From: Planctomycetota bacterium
GTDB lineage: Bacteria; Planctomycetota; MHYJ01; WSZJ01
Reading direction: 5' to 3'
NCBI GenBank assembly: GCA_038060895.1
Contig: JBBTCT010000001.1
Coordinates: 1-64,000 of the forward strand
DNA: 64,000 nucleotides
Shown: positions 43,964-54,734 of the stretch, in pieces
How positions within the stretch are numbered: the first letter of the stretch is position 1
Layout: each line of letters begins with the position of its first letter
Position numbers and translations under genes: made by a program
The notes under the pieces: model-generated
What the model saw: only the letters and a program-made list of their open reading frames with translations
Told to the model about the DNA's origin: nothing
Database searches by the model: none

Positions 43964-46786
43964 TTACGGTACGAACCAGACCTCGCCGTTGTCGCCGGAG
44001 ATCGCGGCGCCCGCCGGACCCTGGGTCGCGGGAACCTTGACCGCCTGCCCGGCGCGAAACGACCACCGCGTCGAGCCGTCCGCCGCGCCGATCGCGCGTA
44101 CGAACCCGTCTTCACAAGGCACGAGCGCAAGCAGGTCGCCCAGGACGGGCGGCGCACAGGCGTCCGCAGGCAGGTCCGCAGTCCACAGGACGCCGCCGTT
44201 CGAGAGATCATAGCAGGCAAGCCGGCGCTTCGAAAGCAGCGCCACGCCACGCGTCAAGGCCGCCGCAACTCCACCGTAAACAGCGCCAGGACTCGGCTTC
44301 GTCCATCGCACAGCGCCGTCTGCACCGATCAGCGTGACCGCGCCGTCGGTTGTGGCGCAGAAGAGACCCTCGGAAGCAGCAGCGGCCGCCGCGCACGGCG
44401 AGGACAGTTTCGTCGTCCACGACACGCGTCCCGGCGTCCCCGAGACGACGCTTCCGTCCGCGAGCGCCACGGCCCAGGACGTCTCTCCGAGCGCGAAAGG
44501 GCCGTGCACGACCGCGCTGGACAGCTCCGCGCGGCCCAGCACGCTTCCCGTCGCCGTCTCGATCGCCGCGACGCCGCCTTCGGCCGGCGCGGCAAATACG
44601 GTCGAACCGTCCCCCGACGGCGCCAGCACGCCGCGAAGCCCGCTTCCCGCCGACTCGCGCCAGAGGAGCGTTCCCTCGGAGGCGTCGAGGGCCCAGATCG
44701 AGCCGTCCTGCGCGCCGGCGAGAATTGCGCCGCGAGCGGCAACCGGCGGGGTGATCCAGGGAAGGCTCGCAGCGCGGGCGCGCCAGAGGGCGTGACCGTC
44801 GCCGGAAGCGAGGGCGACCATGGTCCCGTCGGCGCTAACGATGAAGACGCCCGCGGCCGTCGTGGCGGCGCGCAGTCGGACGGCGGCGGATGCGCGGGCG
44901 GTCCATCGGGGCGCGCGCGGAAGGAGGATCGAAACGACCTCGGGCTGCGGGGACGCGACGAACATGAAAACCGGCTCGTGGCCGTCGAGCGTCGCGCGCA
45001 GCACGAGCGGGTCGCCGTCGGGAACTTCCACGAGGCAGGGAGAAAGTCCGGCTTTCACGCCGCCGGCCTCTACGGACGCGAGGGCAGGCGAAGTCTCCAC
45101 CCGAACGGCGACGCCGGCCTGGGGGGCGCGCCCGAACTCCGCTCGCAGTCTTTCGGCGGTCTTTCGCGCGTCGGCGACACGCCCGTCCTTCACCGCCGTC
45201 CGGTACTCCGAAAGAAGCGCCGCCGCGCCCGCCCGGTAACTCACGATCTTCGCCAGGCGATCCTTGCACCTGGCGGCCAGAGCGGCCTCGCGATTCTCCT
45301 CCGCCCACTTCAAAGCCGTCTGCACCGCCCCCGTCTCGTCGTCCAGTCCCATTCGTTCCAGCGTGTCGATCCGCCCCTCCGCAAACGCGCGCAGCGCCTC
45401 CGCCGCTTCAGCGTCCGCTTTTCCGCCAGCCAGGTCCTCCGCCGCACGCCGCGCCGCCTGCGCGGGACTCGACCACGGCCACGCGCGCGCGAACTCGTCG
45501 TACAGTCGACGCGCTTCGGCAGGACGTGAAGCGCGTGCCTGCTCGTCGACGGCGGTGAAACGGTGGCGCGCGAGGAATTCCCAGGTCGCGGCCCCGGCGA
45601 GCGCCGCGAACAGAACGGCGGCGGCGAGCCAGCCCCAGCGGGCGCGGGCGCGGGGGCGCGGCTCGGGGGGCAGAAGCGGCGGAGGGCGGTGGGCGATCGC
45701 CTGCGCGGCGTTGCGCGCCATCAGGCGCGAGGTCTCCTCTTTCTTCAGAAATCCGGGCGGCGACGCGGGGTTCGTGTCGGGCTTCGGCTCGAAGGTCGGC
45801 CCGTCCGTGAACGCCGCGGGCTTCGGCGTCGCCTGCCTCGACTCAGGTTCCGCGCCGGGCGCCCGCGACGTTCGCTTTTCCTCCTCCCAATCCACGTCGG
45901 GCACGGACTCGAGGCCGAAGCGCGTCATCGGCTGCGGAGGAAGCTGGGCGGGCTTTGGCGCGGGGGAAGACGCGAGCGATTCCGGCGCGCCCGGAGACAG
46001 CGCGGGCGCCGGCGCCGGTCCCGCGCCGAGGAAATCCCGCTTCAGTTGCTCCGTCGGCGTCGCGACCGCGACGACGCGGCCGCCGGGAAGGATTCGCCCG
46101 ACGCTGACGAGGTACGAAATGGCCTTAAGCGTCTCGAAGCGGAATTTGGGGGACACCTCGACGACCTGTTCGACGCCGCGCCGCCCGTCGCAGAGTTCGA
46201 TGATCTGGAGCGTCCTGTCGTCGAGCGGGAGTTCGCTCTTTCCCGGGTTCGGTGGCGCCTTCGAAAGGGCGAGGTCGGCGCGGGGAACCCTGGTCCCGAA
46301 CGCCTCCCACTCGGAAGCGCGCCGCGATCCTTCCTCGAGGAGCGGCGGAATCGGGAAAGGGTGCTCCGTCACGGGTCCGGCCTCCTCAAACAACTCCTGC
46401 GGCGGCGGCCCCTCGACAAACGAGGATTGCGCTTCGGTGAGCAGAAACAGGTCGAGAATCTCCTCCTGGATCTGCGAGCGGATCGCCTGGCGGATTTCGT
46501 CCTCGGTGATCTGGGCCATGAGGTAGAGCAACTCGCCGAAGCGAAGATTCGACTTGAGCTGTCGCTCCAGCACGAGATCAAGCTGGCGCTGGGAAATCTT
46601 CCCGGCCTTGAGCAGAACCTGCCCGATCCTGACGCCCCGCCGCTGCCCGCTCGCGACGAGCCGGACGCCGCTTCGCGCCGCGTACAGGTCCACGCGCCGC
46701 TCCCCGTCGCGAACGGTCAGCGTCCCCTCACGGCCGCTCTCGGCAAGGCCGTGCAGCAGAGTCGCAAGGGGAGGGGGAGCTGTCAT
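43964..46786 (-). CDS. DUF4388-like domain + TM + PQQ-like beta-propeller (BamB-like repeats) protein
   Basis: LL..L....REG.L.V, RIGQVLL..G.I...QL...L..Q, FGE.L; repeated DG...ALD...G..LW motifs. Confidence 0.75.
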   Translation of the reverse strand: MTAPPPLATLLHGLAESGREGTLTVRDGERRVDLYAARSGVRLVASGQRRGVRIGQVLLKAGKISQRQLDLVLERQLKSNLRFGELLYLMAQITEDEIRQAIRSQIQEEILDLFLLTEAQSSFVEGPPPQELFEEAGPVTEHPFPIPPLLEEGSRRASEWEAFGTRVPRADLALSKAPPNPGKSELPLDDRTLQIIELCDGRRGVEQVVEVSPKFRFETLKAISYLVSVGRILPGGRVVAVATPTEQLKRDFLGAGPAPAPALSPGAPESLASSPAPKPAQLPPQPMTRFGLESVPDVDWEEEKRTSRAPGAEPESRQATPKPAAFTDGPTFEPKPDTNPASPPGFLKKEETSRLMARNAAQAIAHRPPPLLPPEPRPRARARWGWLAAAVLFAALAGAATWEFLARHRFTAVDEQARASRPAEARRLYDEFARAWPWSSPAQAARRAAEDLAGGKADAEAAEALRAFAEGRIDTLERMGLDDETGAVQTALKWAEENREAALAARCKDRLAKIVSYRAGAAALLSEYRTAVKDGRVADARKTAERLRAEFGRAPQAGVAVRVETSPALASVEAGGVKAGLSPCLVEVPDGDPLVLRATLDGHEPVFMFVASPQPEVVSILLPRAPRWTARASAAVRLRAATTAAGVFIVSADGTMVALASGDGHALWRARAASLPWITPPVAARGAILAGAQDGSIWALDASEGTLLWRESAGSGLRGVLAPSGDGSTVFAAPAEGGVAAIETATGSVLGRAELSSAVVHGPFALGETSWAVALADGSVVSGTPGRVSWTTKLSSPCAAAAAASEGLFCATTDGAVTLIGADGAVRWTKPSPGAVYGGVAAALTRGVALLSKRRLACYDLSNGGVLWTADLPADACAPPVLGDLLALVPCEDGFVRAIGAADGSTRWSFRAGQAVKVPATQGPAGAAISGDNGEVWFVP

Positions 46787-46794
46787 GAGGGAGC

Positions 46795-47742
46795 CTACTT
46801 GGCAACGTTCTTGGTCAACTTGATCATCTGCCCGTTGGGCGGAAGCGGCAGGACTTCGACCTTGTCCATGAAGGAGCGCATCAGGTCGAACGACATGCGC
46901 GACTTCGATTCGTCCTTGAACTGGGCGCCGCAGGTGTAGGAATAGACGGCGACGATGAGCTCTTCTCCGCTCGAAAGCGCCGCGACGTGATAGGCCGAGG
47001 TCCCGGGTGGCGAATTCGAAACCATCATCGTGCACGCTTCGTCAACCGCCTGCTCGAGCCCCTGCTGGTCCTGCTCGGCGAATTTCATCCGACCGGCCTG
47101 CGCCGCCATCATCGTCCGCACCCACTCGAGGTCGTCCAGCTCACACGGGACGCGGATCTCCACGGCCTTCCACTTGCGCGGCGGATAGGCTTTGACGCCG
47201 CCCGCCCCGTCAGCCGCAAAGAACGACCCGCAGCGCGGGCAGCGGTACTTCCCTTCCACCCTGATCTCCAGCACTCCCGCACAAGTCGGGCACTTGAACT
47301 GCACGGGATAGGAGACCGCAGGCTTGGCCGCGACGGCCGGCGCCTGTGAAATTGCGGGTGCGGAAGCGGCCGGCGCGAGCGACTTCACGACCGCCGCCGT
47401 CGCGGCCGCCTCGTTCGGGTACAGGTCCACGAGCGCTTCGAGCCCGAGCATCTTGAAAAGCGTGACGACCTTCGCGGGGACGGAGATGAGCTTCATGTCG
47501 CCGTCCTTGCCGCGGTACTTGTCCACGAGCTTGATGATCAGCCCCATCCCGGTTGAATTGATGTAGGCGATTTCGGCGCAGTCGAGGAGCAGGTACTTCA
47601 CGCCTTCCTTGAGGAATTTTTCTATCTGCTCTTCGAACTGGGGGACGGTGGAGGCGTCGATGGAGCCCGCGAGCTTGGCGATGACGCCGTTGGCGCCGTC
47701 CGGCAGATTGAGCGGGCGGGAATTGACCTGCAGCTTCGACAA
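46795..47742 (-). CDS. STAS anti-sigma antagonist + Zn-ribbon + degenerate RsbW-like HATPase fusion
   Basis: G.IDAST, YINSTGMG, CPTC..CPRC, AVDEAC, L.RSFMDKVE...KLTK. Confidence 0.75.
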   Translation of the reverse strand: MSKLQVNSRPLNLPDGANGVIAKLAGSIDASTVPQFEEQIEKFLKEGVKYLLLDCAEIAYINSTGMGLIIKLVDKYRGKDGDMKLISVPAKVVTLFKMLGLEALVDLYPNEAAATAAVVKSLAPAASAPAISQAPAVAAKPAVSYPVQFKCPTCAGVLEIRVEGKYRCPRCGSFFAADGAGGVKAYPPRKWKAVEIRVPCELDDLEWVRTMMAAQAGRMKFAEQDQQGLEQAVDEACTMMVSNSPPGTSAYHVAALSSGEELIVAVYSYTCGAQFKDESKSRMSFDLMRSFMDKVEVLPLPPNGQMIKLTKNVAK

Positions 47743-47891
47743 AGGCGTGGCTCCGGAGAAGAGGCGGGAGCGATGGTCCGGATGATGGGAGCGAGTGTCA
47801 AGGGGAAGAGGCCGACCGCGGATTGCGTCACCATCGCTTCAGAAATGGTTCCTTGCCCGACGGTGCCCTTGTCGGCGTAGAATCGCCCTCC

Positions 47892-48995
47892 ATGCGCTGG
47901 GCTTTCTGGCGAAAAGAACCTGACCCTCCTCCGCGGACGCTCACCCGGCGCACGACGCGGAAGGACTCCGGCATCCGTCCGCCGGCCGCGCCGAGTCCGG
48001 GGAGCGAAGGGCCGCAGGAGACGATCGACGACCTGGCGCCGATGGAGGAAGCGCCTGCGGAGCCGAAGCGGAAGTCGAAGGCGCCGGCGGCCGCCGATCC
48101 CGGCGCCGGGCTTGGGTCCACGGCGACGCCGTCGAGCGGCGTTCCCGCGCTGGGCCGATCCACCGAGCGGCTCGGCGACCTGCTCGTGAAGAGCGGGGCG
48201 ATTTCCTCCGACGCGCTCGAAAAGGCTCTCGACACGCAGCGAGAACTTCGCGCGGACACCTACCTCGGCGAAATCCTCATCCGCGAGAACGCCATCGACG
48301 AGGAGAAACTCGCCGAGACGATTTCGCAGCAGTACCGGATCCCGCTCATCCGCATGGATGGCCACGAATTCAAGAAGGACCTGCTCAGCCTCCTCACCGC
48401 CGAGGACGCCTGGCGTCTGCGCGCGATCCCGACCGACAAGCTCGGCCGCATTCTCTCGGTCGCGATGACCAATCCGCTCGACGAGCGCGCCACCGCCGAA
48501 CTCGCCCGCATCACGGGCCTCAAGATCAAGCCCCTGATCGCCGTCGGCTCCGAACTACGACGCGCTCTGGACTTTGTCTATCCGGGAAGGGCGCCTTCGA
48601 CGATGCCGCGGCCGCGGACGACGCCGCCCGCGGTTAAACCCGCCGGTTCGCCCGGCACTTCCGCACGCTCCGGCGGTAACACCGGCCGCATCGTCCCCCG
48701 GGCTCCCGAGACCAGCACCAGGATCTCCCAGCTCGCCCCCGGCGCCAATACCATCCTCCGCCGCGCCACCAAACCCGCCGAGCAGCCCGTCGCCCCCGCG
48801 GAGGCGCAGGCGGATCGACTTCAGGCGGAAGCCGTGACCGACGAGGTCTTCGAAGGCGGCACCTCCACCAACCCCGAGTACATCCTGCGCCGCGTCCCGG
48901 AGCCCGGCCACCGCCGCCGCGCGACGCCCGCGACGCCGATCGGCGACGCCGAGTTTCTTCTCTTCGTGGGTTCGCTGCCGCGCGTCCGAAGCTGA
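47892..48995 (+). CDS. MshEN / T2SSE N-terminal domain protein without ATPase
   Basis: RLGDLLVKSGAIS...LEKALDTQ, YLGEILI, LSVAMTNPLD. No Walker A motif. Confidence 0.8.
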   Translation: MRWAFWRKEPDPPPRTLTRRTTRKDSGIRPPAAPSPGSEGPQETIDDLAPMEEAPAEPKRKSKAPAAADPGAGLGSTATPSSGVPALGRSTERLGDLLVKSGAISSDALEKALDTQRELRADTYLGEILIRENAIDEEKLAETISQQYRIPLIRMDGHEFKKDLLSLLTAEDAWRLRAIPTDKLGRILSVAMTNPLDERATAELARITGLKIKPLIAVGSELRRALDFVYPGRAPSTMPRPRTTPPAVKPAGSPGTSARSGGNTGRIVPRAPETSTRISQLAPGANTILRRATKPAEQPVAPAEAQADRLQAEAVTDEVFEGGTSTNPEYILRRVPEPGHRRRATPATPIGDAEFLLFVGSLPRVRS

Positions 48996-49017
48996 AAAGA
49001 AAACAGCAACGTCGGGT

Positions 49018-50076
49018 TCAGGGAGAGGACGATTCCGAAGCGGCAACGACTCCCCAGTGCGTCGCGAATCTGCCTGCCGCCGCGGCATCCCGCGCTTTCC
49101 CCCCGAACCATCCGCTCTTCACGTCGAGCAGATACCACGCCGAACGCTCCAGCGCCGCCGGCCCGCCGGCAGGGTCGTCCGCGCTTCCTGCAAGCGCCGA
49201 CAGCGTCCGCCATGCCGCCAGGCGCGCCCGGGCGGCGCAGCGGCGCGGGGCTGCGTCGCCGGCGAGCGCGGCGCAGAAGAGCCACGCCCAGGCTTCGGCG
49301 GGGGTCGTTTCGCGCGCCCGGATGATCGCCTCCTCCGGCGCCGCCGCGGGCGCCAGCGCCGCGAACGCGCCCGCCGCTGCCGCCGGGGAGGGCGCTCCGG
49401 CCGGCCGGCCCGTCGCCGCGACCACTTTCGCCCAGTGCGCGAACGCCGGGATCGCCGCTTTCGCCAGCGCGGTCGCTTCGAGGTGCGTTTCCGCAGGGAC
49501 GACCGGCACGAATCCCTCGACGTGCGCGCCGAACGGAAGGGTCAGGGAAGCCCCTTCGGCCGAGTGAAGCGGCAGCCAGGCCGAGCGCTCGAGCGGGTGC
49601 GGGGCGAGGGCGAGGGAGCCGAGGGCATCGCCGCGTTCCGCCGAGCGGCGCGCGACGCCGAGAGCGAGCAGGTCGCCTGAGACATCTTCGCGCCGGAGGG
49701 CCCGCGCGTGCGCTGCGAGCAGCATGATTTCGTCCCGGAAGCCGGCGGCTGCGATCGCAGGCCACGCATGGGCCTGCGCGAGCCGGTCTGCGAGGTCCCC
49801 CTCCCGATCCTCCGGCAGGACCTCGGCCGAAATCCATCCCGCCAGCGCGATCATGCCGGCCGCGTCGGCAGCGGCGAGATTCTCGATCCGCTCCCGCACT
49901 GCCAGGTGCGGCTTCGCCGCCCGCTCTCCGGCCGCTTCCCGAAGCGCGCCAAGGTCCGCCCACCGCCCCTCGCGCGCGAGCAAGTCCGCCTCGGTGAAGA
50001 CGTGGCGCCAATCGGACTCGGTCGCCCTCGAGAGAGTTTCGCGGGCGTCGAAGGAGGATCCGGAGTCGTCGGTCAT
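49018..50076 (-). CDS. Hypothetical protein (possibly DUF6183-like)
   Basis: Ala-rich ORF directly downstream of the PTS IIA gene; RLAAWR.L.ALAG...WF motif. Family assignment is from memory only. Confidence 0.45.
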   Translation of the reverse strand: MTDDSGSSFDARETLSRATESDWRHVFTEADLLAREGRWADLGALREAAGERAAKPHLAVRERIENLAAADAAGMIALAGWISAEVLPEDREGDLADRLAQAHAWPAIAAAGFRDEIMLLAAHARALRREDVSGDLLALGVARRSAERGDALGSLALAPHPLERSAWLPLHSAEGASLTLPFGAHVEGFVPVVPAETHLEATALAKAAIPAFAHWAKVVAATGRPAGAPSPAAAAGAFAALAPAAAPEEAIIRARETTPAEAWAWLFCAALAGDAAPRRCAARARLAAWRTLSALAGSADDPAGGPAALERSAWYLLDVKSGWFGGKARDAAAAGRFATHWGVVAASESSSP

Positions 50077-50100
50077 GGCACGCCGCGCGACGCGCGGCCT

Positions 50101-50601
50101 CTACTCCAAAGTCTGGAAAACCCGGATGATTTCGTGCTCGTTCTTCGCGTCCAGCAGGCGCTGCCGCGATTCTTCCTTGAGGATGAGCGACCCGATCTCC
50201 TTGTAGATGCTCAGGTAGGTCTTGTCGTCGTACGGGGGGGCGACCATGGCGAAGAAGAGTTTGACCGGTTCCCCGTCTTGCGCCTCGAAGTCCAGTCCCT
50301 CGGAACACCGCGCGAAGGCGATGATCATCTCCTTGGCCTGCATCGTCCGCACGTGCGGGATCGCGACGCCCATGCCGACCGCCGTGGTGCTCTTCCGCTC
50401 GCGGTTTACCAGGTCCGTCAGCAGCTTCGACTTGTTCCCGGTCTTTCCCGAGCTGTCCAGCAGGTCGCACAACTCCGAGAGCGCCCCTTCCTTGAGATCC
50501 GCCCGGTGTTTCTCGATCGAACAGCCCTCCGGCGGCTCGGTAGGACGTGTCGCGAGTTCGATCTTGATCTGGGCAGGTTTGAGGTAGCGCGCGAGGTTCA
50601 T
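50101..50601 (-). CDS. PTS IIA domain protein (PtsN/fructose-mannitol IIA-like)
   Basis: RE..STT.VG.GVAIPH, G.DF.A.DG.PV.L.F. Confidence 0.88.
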   Translation of the reverse strand: MNLARYLKPAQIKIELATRPTEPPEGCSIEKHRADLKEGALSELCDLLDSSGKTGNKSKLLTDLVNRERKSTTAVGMGVAIPHVRTMQAKEMIIAFARCSEGLDFEAQDGEPVKLFFAMVAPPYDDKTYLSIYKEIGSLILKEESRQRLLDAKNEHEIIRVFQTLE

Positions 50602-50738
50602 GGAAGCGGCACGTGATAACTCAATGGACCGTCGACTGTCGACGTTTTCCTCTTGCGCGCTTCGCGCGGGCGGGCGGGCGGGCAACGACAGAACGGCCAC
50701 CGAAGTTGGGAGGCCGTCTTTCTTTGCCCGCTCGCCCG

Positions 50739-51128
50739 CTATCCCTTCGGCAAATCAGCCCGCGCTTTGATCCGCTCCATGCAGGCCGACCAGGTATTCA
50801 GCAACTCCGCAGCCTGGGCGGGGTCGCTTCCTTCAACGGTCGAACTGATGACCAGACGCGTTCCGGTTTCCAGCGGGTCGCACCAGAATTCCACGCGCGC
50901 CCCGGGCGTAAACTGGATCGCGAAAATCGTCGGCGGCGCCCAGAGCACGACCTGGCCCTTCGTGGAGGCGCTGGTCCAGCGGAAGCGCACTTCGCCGTTG
51001 AGCCGCGGCTCGAAGGTCACCTCTCCCGCCCCGAACCACCGGCGCACCTCCGCCGGCATCGTCAGGATCAGCCAGAGCCGGTTCGGCGGCGTCGCAATGT
51101 TGTCCTCGACCAGGATTTTCCTGATCAC
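50739..51128 (-). CDS. SRPBCC/AHSA1-like domain protein
   Basis: I..PP.RLW..LT.P....WFG, FEPR..G, PP, TRL, W..C...IK; GTGA overlap with the hbd stop. Confidence 0.7.
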   Translation of the reverse strand: MIRKILVEDNIATPPNRLWLILTMPAEVRRWFGAGEVTFEPRLNGEVRFRWTSASTKGQVVLWAPPTIFAIQFTPGARVEFWCDPLETGTRLVISSTVEGSDPAQAAELLNTWSACMERIKARADLPKG

Positions 51129-51991
51129 TTCGCGGCGCCGCTCTCGTACGCGTAAAACCCGCGTCCCGATTTGCGGCCGAGGTGTCCGGCGGCGACCATT
51201 TTCTTGAGAAGCGGGCACGCGCGGTACTTGTCGTCGCCGAGGCCGCGGTGGAGGACGTCCATGATGGCGAGGCAGGTGTCGAGGCCGATGAAGTCGGCGA
51301 GGGCGAGCGGGCCCATGGGGTGGTTCATGCCGAGTTTCATGATGCCGTCGATCGACTCTTTGGAAGCGACGCCTTCGTGGAGCGCGAAGATTGCTTCGTT
51401 GATCATCGGGAGGAGGATGCGGTTGGCGACGAAGCCGGGGTAGTCGTTGGCTTCGAGGGGTGTCTTTCCCATTTTCTTCGCGAGCTCGACGGTCGCTGCG
51501 GCGGTCGCGTCGGACGTCGCGTGCCCGCGGATGACCTCGACGAGCGCCATGAGGGGGACCGGGTTCATGAAGTGCATCCCGATGACGTCGGCGGGGCGTT
51601 TCGTCGCGGCGGCGATGCGCGTGATGCTGATGGAGGAAGTGTTGCTGGCGAGGATTGCGCCGGGGCGGCACTTTGAATCCAGGTCACGGAACAGGTCGAG
51701 CTTGATCTTCTCGTCCTCGATGACGGCTTCGATCGCGATGTCCCATGTGAGGGCGTTCGAAAGGTCGGTCGCGGTCCCGAGGCGTTCGAGGGCGGCGCCC
51801 TGGTCGGCGGCGGAGAGCTTCTGCTTTTCGACGAGCTTCGCGAGCGACTTCTTGACGGTCTCGAGGCCCTTGGCGACGAACTCCGTCTTCACGTCCACCA
51901 TCGTGACGCGAAGGCCGGACATGGCCGCGACCTGGGCGATGCCGTTCCCCATCTGTCCGGCGCCGATGACGCCGATGTGCTTGATGTCCAC
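51125..51991 (-). CDS. hbd: 3-hydroxybutyryl-CoA dehydrogenase
   Basis: [60 protein letters not shown]. Confidence 0.95.
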   Translation of the reverse strand: MDIKHIGVIGAGQMGNGIAQVAAMSGLRVTMVDVKTEFVAKGLETVKKSLAKLVEKQKLSAADQGAALERLGTATDLSNALTWDIAIEAVIEDEKIKLDLFRDLDSKCRPGAILASNTSSISITRIAAATKRPADVIGMHFMNPVPLMALVEVIRGHATSDATAAATVELAKKMGKTPLEANDYPGFVANRILLPMINEAIFALHEGVASKESIDGIMKLGMNHPMGPLALADFIGLDTCLAIMDVLHRGLGDDKYRACPLLKKMVAAGHLGRKSGRGFYAYESGAAK

Positions 51992-52022
51992 GTAGTCTCC
52001 CTGGCTCTTAAACTCTGAAGAC

Positions 52023-53204
52023 CTACACCGTTTCCACCCCCATCGCCACCGCATTCCCCCCGCCCAAACACAACGTCGCGCACCCCGTCTTCGCCTTCCT
52101 CTGTTTCATGGCATGCAGCAGCGTCACCAGGATCCGGCACCCGCTCGCGCCGATCGGATGCCCCAGCGCCACCGCTCCCCCGTTCACGTTGACCTTCGCG
52201 GGGTCGAGTTCCAGTTTCCTCGTCACCGCCACCGCCGCCGCGCTGAATGCTTCATTGATTTCCACCAGGTCATACTCCCTCACGGCCTTCTTCGTCTTCG
52301 CCGCGAGATTCGCCACTGCTTCCACCGGCGCCATCATCACCCACTCCGGCGCCACGCCGCCCGTCGCATATCCGGTAATCCGAGCAAGCGGCTTCAACCC
52401 GATCTCCTTCATCTTGCGCTCGCTCACCACCACCACTGCAGCCGCGCCGTCGTTGATCGACGACGAATTCCCCGCCGTCACGCTTCCGCCGTCCTTTTTG
52501 AATGCCGGCTTCAGCCCCGACAGCTTCTCGAACGTCGAGTCGGCGCGCGGGCTCTCGTCCACCTCGACCCGGATCGTCTCCTTCTTCCCCGCGATCTCGA
52601 CCGCGATGATCTCTTCATTGAACAGCCCCTTCGCCTGCGACTCGACCGCGCGCCGGTGCGACTCCGCCGCGAACTTGTCCTGGTCCGCGCGCGACACCGC
52701 GTACTTCTCGGCGACGAGCTCCGCCGTGTTGCCCATGTGGAAGTCGTTGTAGATGTCCCAAAGCCCGTCGTTCACCATCGCATCGACCAGCTTCCCGTGC
52801 CCGAGCCGCTGCCCTTCGCGCGCCTGCGGCAGCAGATACGGCGCCCTCGTCATGTTCTCCATCCCGCCGGCCACGATCAGATCCGAGTCGCCCGCACGGA
52901 TCGCCTGCGCCGCCAGCATCACGCTCTTCAGGCCCGAACCGCACACCTTGTTCACCGTGAAGCTCCCGATCCGGTCCGGGATTCCCGCGCCCCGCGCCGC
53001 CTGACGCGCAGGGTTCTGGCCGAGGCCCGCCTGAAGCACGCAGCCGAAAATCACCTCTTCAACCGCCTCAGCCGGAATGCCCGCGCGCCGAAGGGCCTCC
53101 TTGATGGCGATGGCGCCCAGCTGGGGCGCGCCGAGGCCCGTGAAGGCGCCCTGGAATTTTCCGATCGCGGTGCGGCAGGCGGAGGCGATGTAGACGTCGG
53201 CCAT
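52023..53204 (-). CDS. atoB: Acetyl-CoA C-acetyltransferase (thiolase)
   Basis: [50 protein letters not shown]. Confidence 0.95.
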   Translation of the reverse strand: MADVYIASACRTAIGKFQGAFTGLGAPQLGAIAIKEALRRAGIPAEAVEEVIFGCVLQAGLGQNPARQAARGAGIPDRIGSFTVNKVCGSGLKSVMLAAQAIRAGDSDLIVAGGMENMTRAPYLLPQAREGQRLGHGKLVDAMVNDGLWDIYNDFHMGNTAELVAEKYAVSRADQDKFAAESHRRAVESQAKGLFNEEIIAVEIAGKKETIRVEVDESPRADSTFEKLSGLKPAFKKDGGSVTAGNSSSINDGAAAVVVVSERKMKEIGLKPLARITGYATGGVAPEWVMMAPVEAVANLAAKTKKAVREYDLVEINEAFSAAAVAVTRKLELDPAKVNVNGGAVALGHPIGASGCRILVTLLHAMKQRKAKTGCATLCLGGGNAVAMGVETV

Positions 53205-53659
53205 GGAAGTGCCTCTGAAAGGTGGCGGGGAATTCATTCTAGCCCGAACGGCGAGGGCGGCAAGGCCGGCGAGGCGCGAAGGGTTGGCAAATCGCGTGGG
53301 GAATCGAACGATTTACGGGAGCTGTCAAGGGCATTCGAAAATTATTTTCGCTGTGCAGCCCTGCACGTCGGCGGATTGCGTTCGTCAAGGGCTTAAAGCA
53401 ACCGAATCTCACGCAACGGATATTTCCGGATTTTCCTCGTGGCAGCCAATACTTGATCTGATTGCTCAACATCCGCCCGAATGCCACTCCGGACCCGCTT
53501 TCCAACGAAGCGCCGTCACCCCACGATCCGGAGAATCGTGTCCTATGCTCTAGTCCAAGGGACAGGAAGGAAGCCGTGAAAGGGAACACGGCTGCCAGCA
53601 CTCCTGGGGAACTGGTTGAGATTCACCCGCCACTGGCCGTTAACTAGGGGATCGATTGC

Positions 53660-54514
53660 ATGAAACGCCTCGCCTGGGCACCCGGCCTCGCGGCCGCCGC
53701 GCTCGCCGCCGTGTCACTGTATTCCCCCAGCCCCGCGGGCGCAGACGGCAACTCGCCCCCGCACCTGACCTGGTGCTCGCTCCTGACCGAGACGCTTCGA
53801 AACCAGACCCTCGCCGGCCAGACGACCAACGCGGCGGGCAAGGCGCTCAACGCCTGCGTCGCCGACAAGGTGATCCTGTGGCAGGAAGACGGAAACGTTT
53901 TCTCCGAGAACCGCACCGTCTGCGGCCAGCACGTCACGATCCAGCTCAAGCACGCCTACGGCTGGAGCGACACCTACGTGAAGACCAAGTTCGGCTCGAC
54001 GTCGCCGACGGCCGAGCGGTACTACAACAACATCGTTTCCAGCACGGGCTTCGTCCGCATCAATAGCGTCGTCGATTTCGCCCCCGGCGACATCTTCGCG
54101 GTCAGCTACAAGGACGACCCGAACTCGAACTACCCGTCGACGACCGGCCACTGCGGCATCGTCAATTCGGTCGGCCCGATCCACACCTACACGTTCACTT
54201 CCAACGGCGTCACGATCCGCTTCCGCGACTTCGAGGTCTTCGACTCAACCAGCGCGGTCCACTCGATGGACAACCGTATCTTCCAGGCCGGCGAGCTCGG
54301 CACCGGCAGCCCGTACACCGAATGGGCCGGCGCGGGTCGTGGATACATGAGGATCTACGTCGACGCGAGCGACAACTTCCTGGGCTACACCTGGAGCATG
54401 ACGGGCACGAAGTCGCAGCCGCCCGGGACCCCGCCGACGTGGAACTACTACAACAGTAACTTCAAGGCGGAAGCGGTGCGGCACTTTGCTGTGGGACGGG
54501 TGACGGTGCCGTAG
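53660..54514 (+). CDS. Secreted protein, possible NlpC/P60 (papain-like) fold
   Basis: Signal peptide; ENRTVC, PGDIFA..Y, TTGH, FDS...H, G.G.G conserved with the adjacent paralogue. Confidence 0.6.
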   Translation: MKRLAWAPGLAAAALAAVSLYSPSPAGADGNSPPHLTWCSLLTETLRNQTLAGQTTNAAGKALNACVADKVILWQEDGNVFSENRTVCGQHVTIQLKHAYGWSDTYVKTKFGSTSPTAERYYNNIVSSTGFVRINSVVDFAPGDIFAVSYKDDPNSNYPSTTGHCGIVNSVGPIHTYTFTSNGVTIRFRDFEVFDSTSAVHSMDNRIFQAGELGTGSPYTEWAGAGRGYMRIYVDASDNFLGYTWSMTGTKSQPPGTPPTWNYYNSNFKAEAVRHFAVGRVTVP

Positions 54515-54734
54515 GTTGAGTCTGGTCACGCAGGAACTAACCTCGATGTCTTCCACGTGCGCCTCGAGGCGTCAGCACGAGGTTGCGTGACTTGCCAGGG
54601 AGCCGGCTACTTCTGCCTCTGCCGCTGCACACAGCATAAAACTCTTAAAGTCTTACAATTCTTATGCATGCCGCGGTACACTGCGAGCTGCGCCCTAGCC
54701 TGAACCCCGCAGGGCGCCATCCGAGAGGCACGAT

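Noticed and set aside
53240-53659. Possible riboswitch or ncRNA in the long leader (hairpin AGCCGTG/CACGGCT at 53572-53593)
   Set aside because: No recognisable aptamer consensus by eye; an Rfam search would be needed.
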